The notes under the pieces were generated by a model. That model was given only the letters and a program-made list of their open reading frames with translations. It ran no database searches and was not told the origin of the DNA. Positions 26,639 to 42,606 of a stretch of DNA of 64,000 nt are shown here, in pieces. Made by a program: the position numbers and the translations under genes. The DNA is from Octopus vulgaris (Eukaryota). Within the stretch, counting starts at the first letter, position 1, and every line of letters starts with the position of its first letter. The stretch lies in contig OX597817.1 of NCBI GenBank assembly GCA_951406725.2, positions 140,368,001-140,432,000 on the forward strand. The letters run 5' to 3'.

Positions 26639-27025
26639 TGGAGGCGCAATGGCCCAGTGGTTAGGGCAGCGGACTCGCGGTCGTAGGATCGCGGTTTCGA
26701 TTCCCAGACCGGGCATTGCGAGTGTTTATTGAGCGAAAACACCTAAAGCTCCACGCGGCTCCGGCAGGGGATGGTGGTGATCCCTGCTGTACTCTTTCAC
26801 CACAACTTTCTCTCACTCTTACTTCCTATTTCTGTTGTACCTGTATTTCAAAGGGCCGGCCTTGTCACTCTCTGTGTCACGCTGAATATCCCCGAGAACT
26901 ACGTTAAGGGTACACGTGTCTGTGGAGTGCTCAGCCACTTACACGTTAATTTCACGAGCAGACTGTTCCGTTGATCGGATCAACCGGAACCCTCGTCGTC
27001 GGAACCGACGGAGTGCTTCCATCCA
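26639..27025 (+). mobile_element. tRNA-derived SINE family C, full length (tail type 2), 11-bp TSD
   Basis: TSD TTGTGTAAAGC at 26627-26637 and 27026-27036; A/B boxes. Confidence 0.92.
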
Positions 27026-27442
27026 TTGTGTAAAGCACGGTAGAAAGTTTGGTAAGCTGAAATGAGGATCGAAACGATTCCTTCTACTTTCTTCAGCTTC
27101 TGCCTTTCAAATTAGCGTAGAACTACTGTTGAATAATGTCAATTGAAGAATAGCAATAATATTAGCAGAACTGATTGCATAACTCATTTATTTAATGGTC
27201 TAAGGTCGACGAACGACATTAATTACCAGAACATCAATAGAGGGAGGGTTGTGAAAATTTATGCATATCAAGAATCTATGGCCATATTTATTCATAATCC
27301 ACGCTAATGAGGTACCACACTATAGAAGTACCCTGGTTATTCTTAAACTACACTATAGGAGTACTTTGGTTTCTAATTGTTGAATGTTGTTTCAACTAAT
27401 TAAAATTTTACAACTGATAATCAAAAAATATTTTTACCGATT

Positions 27443-27601
27443 GGCGCGGGCGCAGTTCAATGTGTTAAGAAGCTTGCTTCACAACCACAAGATTCCGAGT
27501 TCAGTCCCACTGCTTCGCACTTTGAGTCTCATGTTATAGCCTGGGGCCGACCAAAGAGTTGTGAGTGGATTTGGTTGAAGGAGACTGAAAGACGCCCGTC
27601 G

Positions 27602-27650
<49 letters not shown>

Positions 27651-27850
27651 TTGTTCCCATAAAAGCTTGACAACCGACGTTAGTGCGATTAAGTACCCGT
27701 ATCTTGGCGGTTCGGCAAAATAGGCTGATAGAAATAGCACCAGGCTTTAAGGAAAAAAACGTACTGAGGTCGATTCATTCAATTAAGAACTTCTAAGATG
27801 GTGCCCCAGCATGGTCGCAGCCTAATGTCTGAAACATGTAAGAGATAAAA
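27443..27850 (+). mobile_element. SINE family B
   Basis: Colinear with 8378-8822 including internal (TG)n. Confidence 0.85.
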
Positions 27851-28831
27851 AAAAGAAAGATGAATTTTATGTATTTTCGTTAATGAACGCTTGAAACAAC
27901 CACATCTTGTTTCGTTTACAGTTGAAATGTGTCTCCTTAATTTACAAAATTAAAAATTATTTCCGTTAGTTAAAACTGAAGCCTCGATAGATTTGGTTAA
28001 AAACCAAAAATTATTCCAAGTCCTTCAACACTGATCTATAGTAGAAACAACTGTTTGCAGATAGAGAGGTTTAATCAACAGTTGTTGTTGATTAGCTGTC
28101 TAGTCTGGAGGAAAATATGATTAAGAGAGAAAAACGAAACATAGTTCCAGATGGATTTCCAAAATGATGAAAATAAAAATGTTAAGAACGAGATGAGAGA
28201 GATGATACAGTGGAAGGAACACAGAGAGGGAAAGAAACTACATATTTTTGAACTGTAATTAATCTGCCATTTGTCTGTTACGTTGATCTGCTATCATCGA
28301 GACACCATCTCCTGGCGAATTATATGTTTTCATGTAAAACAGTTTTCGCAGTTTTTGATTAATGTCTCTCTCTCTCTGAACGTTTTACCGCGAGCAATGT
28401 TATGTTGTGTGAAACAACATGGCTGCTTTCACTGCTAAATTGACTGCGTTAAATCGACTCTTGTATCTTCCTTGTAAATATCCCCGCTGTCAGATATCGC
28501 GTCAATAATTTTCTTTCTCGTGATCAGAGGTAACCATCGATCTGTTATCAGTCATCTTGACCTTCAGATGAAATCGTTAAAACTTTGCCCTCCTCCTCCT
28601 CTCCCTCCTCCTCTCCCTCCTCCTCACCATATTTCACAGTGTCAGTTGAACACAACGCAGTATATCAATGAATCATATATCCAGCTTACAAAAGTATCAC
28701 TAGGTGGACCAGGTCGTTATCCTCTATGTAATGTGATCATTTAATAATCTATTTTGCTGAAATCGGAACTGGGGAGATTTTCACGCAAAAACATGAGACA
28801 CAAAATAAAAAATAAAAGCGTCAAATTCATA

Positions 28832-29065
28832 TATTTCTTTACTACCTACAAGGGGCTAAACATAGAGGGGACAAACAAGGACAGACAAAGGGATTAAGTC
28901 GATTACATCGACCCCCAGTGCTAAACTGGTACTTTATTTATCGACCCCGAAAGGATCAAAGGCAAAGTCGACCTCGGCGGAATTTGAACTCAGAACGTAA
29001 CGACAGACGAAATACCGCTAGGCATTTCATCCGGCGCGCTAACGATTCTGCCAGCTATCCGCCTT
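28832..29065 (-). mobile_element. SINE family A
   Basis: Reverse complement of family A consensus. Confidence 0.9.
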
Positions 29066-29634
29066 GTCTAAGGTTTGCACCGATCTCATTGCCATAGTGA
29101 ATCCAACATCTCTATTTCTCTCTCTCACACACACATGCATACAAACGTATCTGTGTGGCTTCAGCACTTACCGCTTGCCTATAGTGTGTTACAAAGGTGA
29201 CAACAAAGCACGTCTCAACGTCGCTTCCAACGTTCTTTACAGGGACTTGTACAAGGTGAGAGCAGAGTAAAACATTCGTTACTGACATACTGCCGTTGTG
29301 TCGTTATTTTTCTCCAGTCACTCAACAATATCCAACGTTTCTCCTTGGTTGGTGACACGAGCAAAAGAATTACTGCGCGCTCTCCGTTCTTGCTGATCAT
29401 GATGCTCCAGTGTATGTAAACACGAATTGAAAAATATAATATGCGCAAAAAAAAAAAATGATATTTAAGACTACTACATTAGGATAGACGTACAAACTTT
29501 TCGAATTTCCTAGTTTATAAATTAATGCTCAGAAAATGAGAACTGTCATCAGTAATACCAGATATCTTTCCAAATTCCGAGAAGTGAGATGAAAACACTT
29601 CCGGTGAGTCCAAAACACTAATAATAATGATAAA

Positions 29635-29672
<38 letters not shown>

Positions 29673-29772
29673 AAAAATAATAATAATAATAATAATATGA
29701 AAGATTTCAGACAAAAATCATGCCTCCCAAATACAAAGCAAAAATTAGACATATAACAACAACAACAACAAC

Positions 29773-29805
<33 letters not shown>

Positions 29806-29825
29806 TAATAATAATAATAATAATA

Positions 29826-29910
<85 letters not shown>

Positions 29911-29911
<1 letters not shown>

Positions 29912-30350
29912 TAGATGGAAAAATTGAAGCAGTTAAAATGTAGGCGATTGCATCACTTCGGTATGCAGCGGGAATTATAAAATGGCAAGAGAGAGAAATG
30001 AAGAAAATGGATACCAAGACCAGAAAAATGTTGACAATACACGGAGACTTCCACCCTTAGAGTGATTCTGATAGGCTGTACTTGTCCCGAAGAAAGGGTG
30101 GGAGAGGTTTGATCAGTTGCCAAGACTGTTTTGAAGCAGAGGAAAACAGCTTAGGGTGGCGTATAAAAAATGGCGTGGAGCCATTGTTGAAACATACGAA
30201 GACGGCTGGCATCATCAAAACTGAAAATAGTGTGACTAAAGAAAATTTTAAAGAAGAAATAAAAACATTAAAAGAAAAAAGTATGGAAGAAAATGTACGG
30301 TGAGCTTGCAAGAAATGTGAACACAAAGACAGATACAAAAGACCGGTGGT
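29911..30350 (+). mobile_element. R4/Dong-like non-LTR retrotransposon fragment adjacent to (TAA)n
   Basis: IASLRYAAGIIKW...MDTKTRKMLTIHGDFHP*SDSDRLYLSRRKGGRGLISCQDCFEAE. Confidence 0.8.
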
Positions 30351-30604
30351 TATGGATGAATGTCCAATTTACTCTTGGTTGGGATTTCTGGTAAGACTTG
30401 GAACAAGTCGTTTAAAACAAAGCAACAGCAATAACATAAAAATGATGATGATGATGATAATGATGATGAGGATGAGGAGGATGATGATGATGATGATGGG
30501 TATGATGATAATGATGATGATAGTCGTAGTGGGGGTGGAAGTGAATGTATAGTGCATATAGTCATGGTGATGTTGTTCTAGTTATTGTTGGTGATGGTAA
30601 TGAC

Positions 30605-30636
<32 letters not shown>

Positions 30637-31644
30637 GGAGGAGGAGGAGGAGGAGGATATGAAAATGAAAAGAGAATTAGTTGCAGCTATTTGAAGAGAT
30701 GAGGCAACCTAGGAAGCTTTGTCTCTCTCCAGAAAACACGTTCGTTTTTTTCCAAACCACTTTATAATTGCAACAACAATTACTCGGTTAGTGTCGTGTG
30801 GTATTGTAGCAACGAGCAAAATACTTAGTGTCAATCCGTCTAACCACTCTGTAATGTGTTCTTCGAATCGTAAAGATAAATAGAATTATATCGATTTATT
30901 GATCGGCTAAATATCCGAAATATCTTGTCTATAAATATGTTGTAGCTAACTCGATTGCGGTTTGGAAATGTTTTCCTCTTTAAGACCTGAATACGATAAA
31001 CACGCATTAAGTTTAGATGATAAAAGAATTTTCTAGACCTCACTGAGTATAGAGTATATACGATTTTTTCTTATTTTTTTCTCGTAAATTTTATTTGGGG
31101 GAAGAGTATTTTCTTAGTAGTAAACATTGTTGAACAATTTAGATTAATTTCCTTGAAGTCAAGGGAAGATTTTAATTCTCTTGCACAAACAGTACAACGA
31201 TGCTTGACCCGTTGGGGTAGCGACACATTGCCAGTTCACATCCAGTCACTCACATCCTATTGTTGAACCTTTAACGGATGATATCATCTATTTCAAAAAA
31301 GACACTTAACCAAGGTGTACTTCACGACAGAAAACGGTGAGATCATATTTGTTAGGTCGCTGTGCCAGTGAGTTAAAACATTCGGACGGTCTTGATGAGA
31401 ATGAAACAACACCTCTGTGTGTCATTCATCCAATAAATCTATGAAGGTCGTGTCTTCAGTGGTTTGAATAGAAGTACAATGGTGTGCACACGTGCTATTA
31501 TGGTTGTGTGACTTCTACTGACAACCTTGTATCAATCATTCATTACGGAGTCACGTCAAGCCAAATGGAGCAAATAGAAGAAAATTGTCTCGTCACTGGT
31601 CATGCTAGAGCAAGAAGGAACTAAGCGTCATGTATTTGATTCAG

Positions 31645-31791
<147 letters not shown>

Positions 31792-32009
31792 TTCCGGTCA
31801 TTCAAAATGTGACCGCGTGTGTACCGTTGGCGATTTTTTCCTCTGTCTCCCCTTCTCTGGATCTTTCCTTCTCCTATGTTTCCGACGAAGAGCTCCGCTC
31901 GAAACGTTAAACCCTCCTTCTTTCCTTCTTTCCTGAGCGTCCAATAATACTATATTTGTTCCACGTCCTCGCGTTGTTGTGTTTTTTTTTTGTGCTTTCT
32001 TGTTTGGAT

Positions 32010-32015
<6 letters not shown>
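31792..32015 (+). mobile_element. Divergent H1-related PLE terminus; HHR motif 31878-31912
   Basis: GTTT-CCGACGA-A-GAGC-TCC-GCTC-GAAA-CG-TT-AAAC; compensatory stem-I change relative to CTTT/AAAG of H1; (TA)n both sides. Confidence 0.75.
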
Positions 32016-32048
<33 letters not shown>

Positions 32049-32172
32049 GCATCCCACGTATGTGCAGACAAAGGTGGGGAAGAATAGTATTCAGTGAGAT
32101 TTCGACTTGGAAGTGGAATGTATTTATTTCAATGATCCATAGAAATATTGATGCTTAATGTTATATAATGAT

Positions 32173-32227
<55 letters not shown>

Positions 32228-32289
32228 GTACACACACGCACACACACACACACACACATATATGATGCATATATATATATAATCATTCG

Positions 32290-32485
32290 CTATGATTGAT
32301 CGGTAGCCACTAAATCTTTTTTTTATTTTCTCTCCCTGTTTATTTCTGTGTTCCTTTCTGTTAAAGAGCGTAGGCTCGAAACATTAAAGACTTTCTCATT
32401 TCCCGAACGTTAAACTGATAAGTTGTTTGTTGTTTACACACCCGTCTTCGTCTTTTGTTTTGTTTTGTTTTCGTAAACTCCAGCT
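32290..32485 (+). mobile_element. Degenerate H1 copy (HHR core mutated, 32354-32389)
   Basis: cctttctgttaaagagcgtaggctcgaaacattaaagac. Confidence 0.7.
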
Positions 32486-35400
32486 ATATGTATATGTGTG
32501 TGTGTGTGTGTGTGTATGTGTGTGTGTGTCTGTGTGCGTGTGTGTATACAAACATATATAATATAATGATATATAATATAAATACCATCAAATATACAAT
32601 GATGCAATTCATGAGGATAAATTATATAAAACCCATTGATTAGCTCCAGAATGCGCAATCTCACCCTTTTCCTCTTATTGAAATACGGTTTTGATTAAAG
32701 AACTGCTTCTGTCTCATTTGCTTCGATACACTGTTACTGAACCAACAAATGTAATAAAATAACAACTTACTTGCTTCGCCCCCCCACACACACAAATAAA
32801 TAAACGTACACAGGAATTGGTAGGTGAGAAGTGTTTGTGTGTCGGGCAAAATGCTGCTTTGTGTTTGCCATGACTCTTCTGCACTCTAAGTTCGAATACA
32901 ACAGAGGCCAGGTTTACCTTTCATTCTTTCGGGGTCGATAAAAAAGTACCAACTGAGGGCATGGGTTGGTAGAACGTTAAAAGAACATTAAAAGAACATT
33001 ATTGCTAAATTCCTTACAGTATTTGTTCTTATTCTATTGCGTTCGGAGTTCAAATCGCACCATGGTCTGCTTGGTGGTATATTTAATCCGTCTCTCAGTT
33101 TAACACCACCCACTGCAAGTCTAAAATAACCGAGTGCTACACCTTTGTTTCTCTAACTAAACTCTAACAAATATAACGTCATCCTAAATTAGTTCGCTAA
33201 AGATATTGATTTTCAAACCGAATTAAAACATTAAAAATTATTAATGCCCTATTGCAGACCACGCCAATAATTTGTTATAATTATAGATATTTCAGGTGTT
33301 GCTGTCACTATTTCAATCTTTGCTAATGACAATTTTTAAAAATTAAGTGTAAATTAATTAATACTAATGTCTAAAGTTGCGTAGTCATGGAACTGCAAAT
33401 GGAAATAGATGAATTTCTAACTATTAAAATATTTTAGATTATCCCATTTTTACTTGCAACATTCCAGATTATTTTGCTATAAAATCTCAGTGAACAGAAG
33501 TTTTAATAATGAATACTGTTTCCAGTGGATAAAGCAGCCGAGAACCGTTAGTTCAACTATGTAAAAGGCATCAATACTAGACTCTGTGCAAGCCGTCGTC
33601 ATCCACCTCATCCAGACCTGTCAGTAGCCATGTTGTCCTTGTATTGTCTCCGGATCAAAACAGTCCCAGACAGAAGAGTGAGGATAGCATTGGACCTTTC
33701 TCCAATTCATGCGCAAGTCATGAAACAACATATGATGTCTTGTTTATAATCCTATATATGAACAAAATTCTATAATATTCGGATGTTGTTGCTCATCTGA
33801 TAATCGATAGACAATATTGTCTGTTTTGAACAGTTTCTCATTAATCCACAGACAGTTCTAGACGAGTTAGGACGACGAAGATAGAAATGAAATGGTGTAG
33901 TTGATTTACAATATTCAGTGATGCCCTTCAGTTTTGCGTTTAAACCCTACAAGGGTAAGTGGTGCTACCCACATCTACCTACCGCTCTCTCTGTCTCACT
34001 CTCTGTTTGTCTGTCTGTCTGTCTCTCTCTTTCGAGTGAACGGTCAATAAAATTATTATCAATAATATTCTTTGGGTCATTCAAAAAGTTACAAATTTCT
34101 CTAGAAACGTCCATTGTACACATTAATTAACATCCCGTTGTAATAATGTTAAACTGCTTCGATGGTTGTTTTTGTTGTTGTTGCTGCTGCTGCTGTTGTT
34201 GTGGTTAATATTTATCCCAAGATCAGTCAAGTTCGAGAAGGTTTCGTACCACTTTTTGAAAAGTCGATATCATCCAGTGAATCCTTCAACTTTTTTAAAG
34301 ACAGTATTACGTGGTTAAGAAGATTTGGTTTCTATTTCTAACAGATCAACTGACCGTGTGAAAGCCTCTCGTTGCTATAATTCATTGTTTAAGCCGGTTT
34401 TTATATCAGACATTGTTTTTCACCACTACAAAATATGTTTTCTTAATTTGAAGCGATATAATCTTGGCCAACTATTCGATCTCTAAATTAATTTCACAGA
34501 GTTCCAATTTCTGTGTTTGATCATTTATTTCTCGCCAGCTTTAAAATATTGAGAGTCAAACATTTTCATCAACGACACTCGTACCTTTTGCTTCAAAGTG
34601 TTGATAGAAACACGTCTATTTACAGTGAAACCCAAGTAAAACTGCAAGGACTTGAAATATTCATATAGGCTGGATTCCAGTAAAGCCAAAGCCGTGGTCA
34701 ACGAAATAAAACTAAAGAGCTAAATAATAACATTTATTCTATGAAGTTTTATTTAGTGTTACTGCGAGTTCAATTTGGAATTAATCTAAGATAATAATTT
34801 TTTTCATATATTCAGTCAATTAGTCACTCCTTAGCTTCCTCTGACACGATATCGTCTGTACATCTGCATATCTACTCTACCAGGGAAGCCCAGTATGTCG
34901 CCCTAACAACGCAGATATATATCAGAACCAGCAGAGGAAATATTAGCAGCTTCGACTTCACGATTCTCTATATGTTGGTTAAATTTAGTTAACCATTAGG
35001 AGCAATTTTTCCACTTCTAATATCAACTTATTGATTCAATTACACCAAAACATATACACTCATCTGCAAATGGTCTGTTTACTGTCAAGACCTGGCTCGA
35101 CTTGATAATAAAAAAATAAAGAAAGACCGATCTTTCTAGAATATGCAACATTAACAGCGTTGTATAGAGAAATAACTATATAGACATGTTATGGCAAAAA
35201 TGTTGTGAGTATATCTACCACATGAAAAAACTAGCATCTCACGTCTTTTTCAGTGAGTAACCTGGCTCCGCTTCTGGCTCCATGGCTATTTTTTTCTTTC
35301 CAGAACAAGTACAACACCGACTTTGGATATAATAGTTATGCATCCTCCGATGTGGATCAGCTATCGATTTATATACATACATTCATATATGCACACATAC

Positions 35401-35661
35401 ACACAGATATACATTCATGCGTATGTGTGTGTGTGTGTGTGTGTCTGTGTGTGTGTGTGTGTGTGTGTGTATGTATATATGAATGTATGTGCGTATATCG
35501 ATTATTTCAGCTTTATTCTTCTTAATGTCCCTGTTGTTGCTAAATATTTAGCTGGTTGGTAAAATATATAATAAACACAAACACACGGCCATGAAAAAAA
35601 TGTGGAGATTTTAAAATAAATAATAAAATGCTATAGAATGCCTACATCATACACACACACA

Positions 35662-35721
<60 letters not shown>

Positions 35722-35902
35722 ATATATATTATATAATACACTCACACGCATATTTATGCATACATTCAATGATATATGGATACAGACATGCATACATATA
35801 TATGAAAGTGTGAGGGTGTGTGTGCATGAAACTGAATACGTAAATACATAAACGAAAGTCTATCAACAACAACGACGCCATCATTAAACCGTGTTTCCAT
35901 GT

Positions 35903-35934
<32 letters not shown>

Positions 35935-37599
35935 AGTATCTTGCATCGCACTGCAGAATATTTATCTCTGTTCCAAATAACATTGTAATCTGTGCGTTCA
36001 TCTATTTATATGTTCCATCGACTCTAACCGTTTCCTCCGATCCCGTCTTCATAAATGCTCTTTCAAAGCAACAGACAGGAAAATCAATCCCTCAAATGCG
36101 CCATTGCAGAACACTTGTTGTTTTTGGTGTTGTTGTTGTTGTTGTTGTTTAGTTCTAATTTCGCTGACCAATACAGAAAAACACAGCAATCTACTTCCAA
36201 ATGTAAATTACACATAAAACTCCCCTCATTGTCTTTCTTCACACATATACACACGCTTACAATCGTACACTCACGTATGTGTATATGTGTGTATATGCGT
36301 GTATATATATACGCGTATATGTGTATATATGTGTATGTATATATACATGTGTTTATATTTACATGTATTTATGCATATACATGTATATATATATATATAT
36401 GCATGGGAGGAAACGCATGAATATTATATATATATGCATATATGTATATATATACACGTGTATATATTTACATGTACTTTATATATACGTGCATACATAT
36501 ATGTAACGTACATGTATGTACGTGGGAAGGGCTGCCTGAGTATATTATAACTGTATGTACGTATACGTGTACATATGTGCTTGTGTACTACACACACACA
36601 CACACACGTAATTCTTCGAGTACCAATATGACGTAGGTTATTAACGAATTAATATACAAATCAATCGTTTCTCTCCTGCCGTCTTCTGCTATCAGAAAAC
36701 TCTTCGTGGGTAAACTTTCTCAGCGAAACAAACTACATATAGATAGAATTCCTCCGAAACGCCATCTGGGGATCATACATGATGTATTTACACCATTTAA
36801 AGTTCTGATGCTGTGGTTTCTGTCTGAGAGAAAATCTCTTCATAGATATGTATGTATTGTGTTAAAAACACAATATATATCGGTCATAGACGGATGTCGT
36901 CCCAGCAGTGACTCAGGGAATGCCAGACACGCTTCGTTCCTCGGAGTCCTCAATAACTTATTCTCAGTACTTACATGAAAATAGTCACGAAATTTATATT
37001 TTCATAAGTTGCCTTCTGTTGTAATCTTAAGTTCGGAAGAAAGGTCAGTGGCCGGTTGGGGGTGGTGAACTGCTAAATAACGAGGAAATAGATTTTCATA
37101 TGAAGCTACCTAAAATCGACCTCATAGCACAACACACACACACACACACACACATAATGGGCGTATAGTTTGTCTCCAGGAATAGATTCAGGAATTTGGA
37201 CACAGATCTTCAGCTTATTCTGAAGAAAAACCTAGTTGGCAGCATGCCACGTGAAGTGTGATGATCGCTGCTGTTTATCTGTTGCTTCAATCGGAAAAAA
37301 AATATATATTCTGTATTTTCAAGGCAAAATTAATAACATATTTAAGTCATTATTAGTGGAGAGTTGCTTATGTGACATGTTTATACTTTGTTGAAACAAT
37401 ATTCTATGGTCTAGGCATCCAAAATAGTTGAAAGCAATGTAATTAGTTTCTATGTGAAATATTACATCGTATACCACAACACACCAATATTTAAAAAAAA
37501 AAAAACCGAGCTAATCTCTACTTACAGGCATAGTATGAAAGTTTCTCTCCAAACACCGGCACACTATCGTATAAGCATGTTGCGGAAGTAGCTGCAAAC

Positions 37600-37643
<44 letters not shown>

Positions 37644-37747
37644 GAAAGAGCGAGAGAGGAGGATAGAAAGAGACAAGGAGGGAGAAAGTGCTTGTGTATG
37701 TTTATGCTTGTGTGCGTCTGCAACAAAAGCATATTCATATATTACGC

Positions 37748-37796
<49 letters not shown>

Positions 37797-38239
37797 GGTG
37801 GTGGTGGTGGTGGTGATGGTGGTTGTGGCGATGGGGGTGGATGGTGGCGATAGGGCTCTTGGTATTGTTGTTGGTGTTATTGCTATTTAACTTCAAGTCT
37901 AGTTCCTCAGAACTAAAAACCAAGCTTCTCTAACCGTCCACAACATTTCTCATTTCTGTTACAATCTATCTAGGGTTACATTATTTGTTGTCTTTGTTAA
38001 GACGATTGGGCGTTGCATGAGGAAGATTTGGTTGATATTTCTAACAAGTCACTTGAGACACTTCCTTCGGTTTGTTGTTTTGAACCAAAAGAAACAAAGA
38101 GAGGAAAGAAGCTAGGGGTGTGTGATGGGGTGCGGTGGGGGTGGGGGTAAATTTCCTGCTTTTCCAGTTCTTAAAGCTTGGAATAAATATATCAACGCCA
38201 ACACCACCAACACTTCCCTCGTAGTCACTGCCAACGTTA

Positions 38240-38450
38240 CACCATTATCATTATTATTGTCATCGTCATGATGATGATGATAATGATGATGATGATGATG
38301 ATGATGATCATCATCATCATCACTACAATCATCATCGTCATCATCATTTTCAACGACCTCTATACTCATTATTGTTCCTATCAACGTCGGTCTTATCATT
38401 CTCATCCTCATAATACTTATTGTCCCAGACATCATCTTTGCTCTCATTAT

Positions 38451-38485
<35 letters not shown>

Positions 38486-38672
38486 ACAACAAAGACATCA
38501 TCGTGTAGCTTCATCAACATTACCACTATCAGCATCCTGATCGCTATCACAATCATTATAATCGTGTATCGCCAACACCACCATCATCATTCTCATCGCC
38601 ACAATCCTCCTCCTCCTTCTCCTCCTCCTCCTCCTCCTCATCCTCCTCCCCCTCATCATCATCATCATCATC
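38240..38672. repeat. Compound (ATG/CAT)n and (CCT)n low-complexity tract
   Basis: Direct reading. Confidence 0.9.
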
Positions 38673-38872
38673 GACTCACCAGTAAAATCACACAAAAAGA
38701 GATTATGATCAGTTATTATCAATTGTAATGAAATGAATTATCGTTATCAATTTTCATAATCGCTCTCTCCGTTTCGCCCGCTCTCTTTTCTCTCTCTCTC
38801 TCTCCCTTTGTGTGTGTGTGTGTTTGTGTTCGTGTATATATATATATCATATATACCTCATGTGTTTGTATA

Positions 38873-38913
<41 letters not shown>

Positions 38914-39429
38914 TATATACCTTATGCGTATGTATATATATATATGTATATATATATATATGTATATATATATAAACAAATATATATATATTATAGGTAC
39001 CTTATGTATACATATCTGTATTCATATATAAGTGCGTGTGCGTGTTTGCATGAGTGTGCGTGCCTCTATCTCTTTTGTTCACCAACTGTATTGTGTCTAC
39101 ATCGCATTCACACAATATGTTATAAACATAAGACTCAAACTAATTCAGTCATTGCACACACACACACACACATACACACACACACACAAAACGCACATAC
39201 ACACAAAAGCTACCATGCTACCATCAATTCACATCTGATTTCACCAAAGATAAAACTTATCGAGGTCAAACAGTGCTGAAATCCTTTAGAAAAACGAAAC
39301 AATGCCTATTATTATTTTCTTCTCATCAATTGAGACATCTTTTTAATTTTATTAACTTACCATACCACTACACTTTTTCTCCCGTTTCTATTTACACAAA
39401 CGCACGCACATACACATATATAATGTATG

Positions 39430-39462
<33 letters not shown>

Positions 39463-39574
39463 GTATATATATATGTATATATATATATGTATATATATAT
39501 ATATGTATATAAATATAGGTAGATATATATAAATACATACCTATACACAAACATATATACGTATATACGTATAC

Positions 39575-39608
<34 letters not shown>

Positions 39609-40139
39609 ATGCGTGTGTGTGTGCGTGTGTGTGTGTGTATGTGTGTGTGTGTGTGTGTGTGTACACAATCCGCGTAGAAGCGTATAAGTGCAAAACCATC
39701 GTATTGTTCCAAAAAGCTCACTTCCGTCTTATGTTCGCTTACATGGAACTCGGTAACAGTTTGTAAAGTTTTACAGCTACAGAAAATTCTCTCTTTCTCT
39801 CTCTCTTCCCTCCGCCTCTCCCTCTCTCTCTAAATACGTATCTATATACATACATACATACATACATACATACATACATACATACATACATAAATACATG
39901 CATGAATACATGAGAGCAACAACATCTTCAGAGTTGGAGAAGAACTACTGACCCTTTACTCTGAGAATAGAATTGTCTTGTGCGACCCAAAGGAGGCTGG
40001 ACTGGTCTACCTAAACAGAAACTCGAAGCAGAAGCAGACATCATAACAACATAAAAGGAATGTTTGGTTAAATATCCTGTAAGCTAGAGGTCAACAACAG
40101 CATTGAAAGAAAGAGTAGCCTCTCTTGGACCTGTGATAG

Positions 40140-40416
40140 ATACATTCCATCCCACCTAGAAGGATATGAGTTCGATATCGAGGAACAACAGCTAGCTACT
40201 AAATACATGATTAACAAGAGGGACAAAGATACCAACCAACCTCCACGCTGTGATAGAAAATGTCGACTCGCCTATAGCAATGTGGAAGCTATCACTCACA
40301 ACATCAGCAACTGCTCCAAAATGTCTTCGAGATATTACCCATCCCTGAGGCATGATAGAGTTGCAAAGACTATCCACAGGAAGGTCTGCTCTGACGTGTA
40401 CATCGAAGGTGAATAG
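40140..40416 (+). mobile_element. R4-like LINE zinc-knuckle region fragment
   Basis: SHLEGYEFDIEEQQLATKYMINKRD...RKCRLAYSNVEAITHNISNCSKMSSRYY..RHDRVAKTIH. Confidence 0.7.
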
Positions 40417-40738
40417 ATGCGCACACTTGGGCGTGTGCATCGGAAGCTCAACCAACACACCAACTCAAACACATATTCACAAACACCAGGAAACTCTCTG
40501 AATTGAGAAAGTTGTGTCGTTTTGTTAGCAACTGGTTTGAACTCTCTGAGTAAGAACTTAGATAAAACTCAAAGAGACACACACACACACACACGCACAC
40601 ACACACACACATAGAGTAAAGTTTATTTGCCAACGCAAAGTGGTAGTCCTACGTAGGACGATGTTATTACTTCTTATGTATGTATGTATGTATGTATGTA
40701 TGTATGCATGTATGCATGTATGCATGTATGTATGTATA

Positions 40739-40793
<55 letters not shown>

Positions 40794-41098
40794 GTATACA
40801 TACACACACACACACATATTTCTTTACTAGCTTCAGTTGGAGCTGTGTGGGCATGCTGGGCTATCGCCGTTAGCTTTCCTACATTCACTAAACCTCCTGT
40901 GATATATGTGGCATATGGTAAATGAGGGAGTTTGATGTTGCAGCCCTTATATATATATATACATGTGTGTGTGTGTGTATGAGTGTGTATGTGTGTGTGT
41001 GTGTGTGTTTGCTTGTGCGTGTACGTATGTATTGTATATATGTAGGAACGCATGATTATATGTATTAGATAGAGAGACAGATAGACAGACAGATAGAC

Positions 41099-41188
<90 letters not shown>

Positions 41189-41959
41189 CATCCGCTTTGG
41201 TATAAATATAGTCTGTAGTGCTTTTATTATTTAATTCACGTTGCTAACGCTTCCATTGTTATGCAAATCAGGCTGCCCGATTTAGCTCTGTCCGAGTTCC
41301 TGTTTACTATAAATAGCTTTTAGTTACTGTAGCAGGACATAAAATAAGAAAAATTGATCGCCGTACAAACTTCACATCTAATGATTTGGCCGTAGCTTGC
41401 TCCATCGCTTATTCCAAGCAGTCAAGCATGTTTCTACGTATCTACTACGGATCGAATCTATATTATATTTACGACAGAAAAACAATGGTTATGATTAATG
41501 CTTACTTTTGTCTCTAGTCTTAGATGTGGGCATCTTTCAATTGTATAACACTGCACTGGAATAGCATTTGAAACAAAAAATGTCTAAAAACTAAATAAAT
41601 ATAAGGAAGCGTTTAGAAAACTGCTTAATATCTGGAAAATTGATATTCACCATTTGCTTATAACAATATAATACGTTTAATTCGGATATGAAAGGTAATA
41701 CACTTATTGGAATTCGTATTTCCGTCCAAGGAAACCAACTTTGACAAATAGATTGCATTTAGGATACAAGCATTTGGTACATAATTAAAAATATTAAACT
41801 TCAAGTGCCATCTAGTGGCAGTCGTAGATCAACTGTCTGCTCTTTTCTTAGAATAATTTGACATAGTCTAAGCATAAGTATCGTGTTCCGAAAATAAACC
41901 GTTAAAAAATTCAATGAAAATTGTACCAACTGCATGATTCTTTATACTCAAATCAAAAT

Positions 41960-42175
41960 AATCTTTTCTACTCTAGGCACAAGGCCGGAAATTTTGGGAA
42001 GGGGGCCAATCAATGAGATCAACCTCAGTACGCAACTGGTACTTAACTTATCGACCCCGAAAAAATGAAAGGCAAAGTCGACCTCGGCGGAACTTGAACT
42101 CAGAACGTAAAAACAGACGAAATACAGCTAAGCATTTTGCCCGGCGTGCTAACGTTTCTGCCATCTCGCCGCCTT
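41960..42175 (-). mobile_element. SINE family A (alternative tail), TSD CAAATCAAAATAA
   Basis: Family A body; tail CCTTGTGCCTAGAGTAGAAAAGATT as at 58960-58984. Confidence 0.88.
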
Positions 42176-42606
42176 GCAAATCAAAATAAATTAAAAAATT
42201 TTTTTTTTCAAATTATACGTCTTATTTTAAGACGAAAGTGTTATTAATAATCCAAATATTGTTGATTAAAATAATGTTATTCAAAATAATATAAAATGGA
42301 TGTTTAATTTTACTGTTCTGTTCGACAATAGTTCAACTCTGTACCTTTTACATAAATATCTAAAAGAGTTTAGTTGGTTTAGTTGGCAACGGTTTAAATT
42401 CTTGTGAGAACTTGCGTGAGAATAAATTCCAAGATCCGAATTATAAAAGAAAATACGCGATCCGAGGTAATATATAATGGGCATGGCCAATGCAGTGTGA
42501 CACATAACGAGTAACGGTAGAGCTACAGAGGCTGATTTTAAAGCGGTAAGGCTAACACAGGTCGTATTCAACTCTACGGCGATAAGCGGTTACAGAGTGT
42601 TGGTGT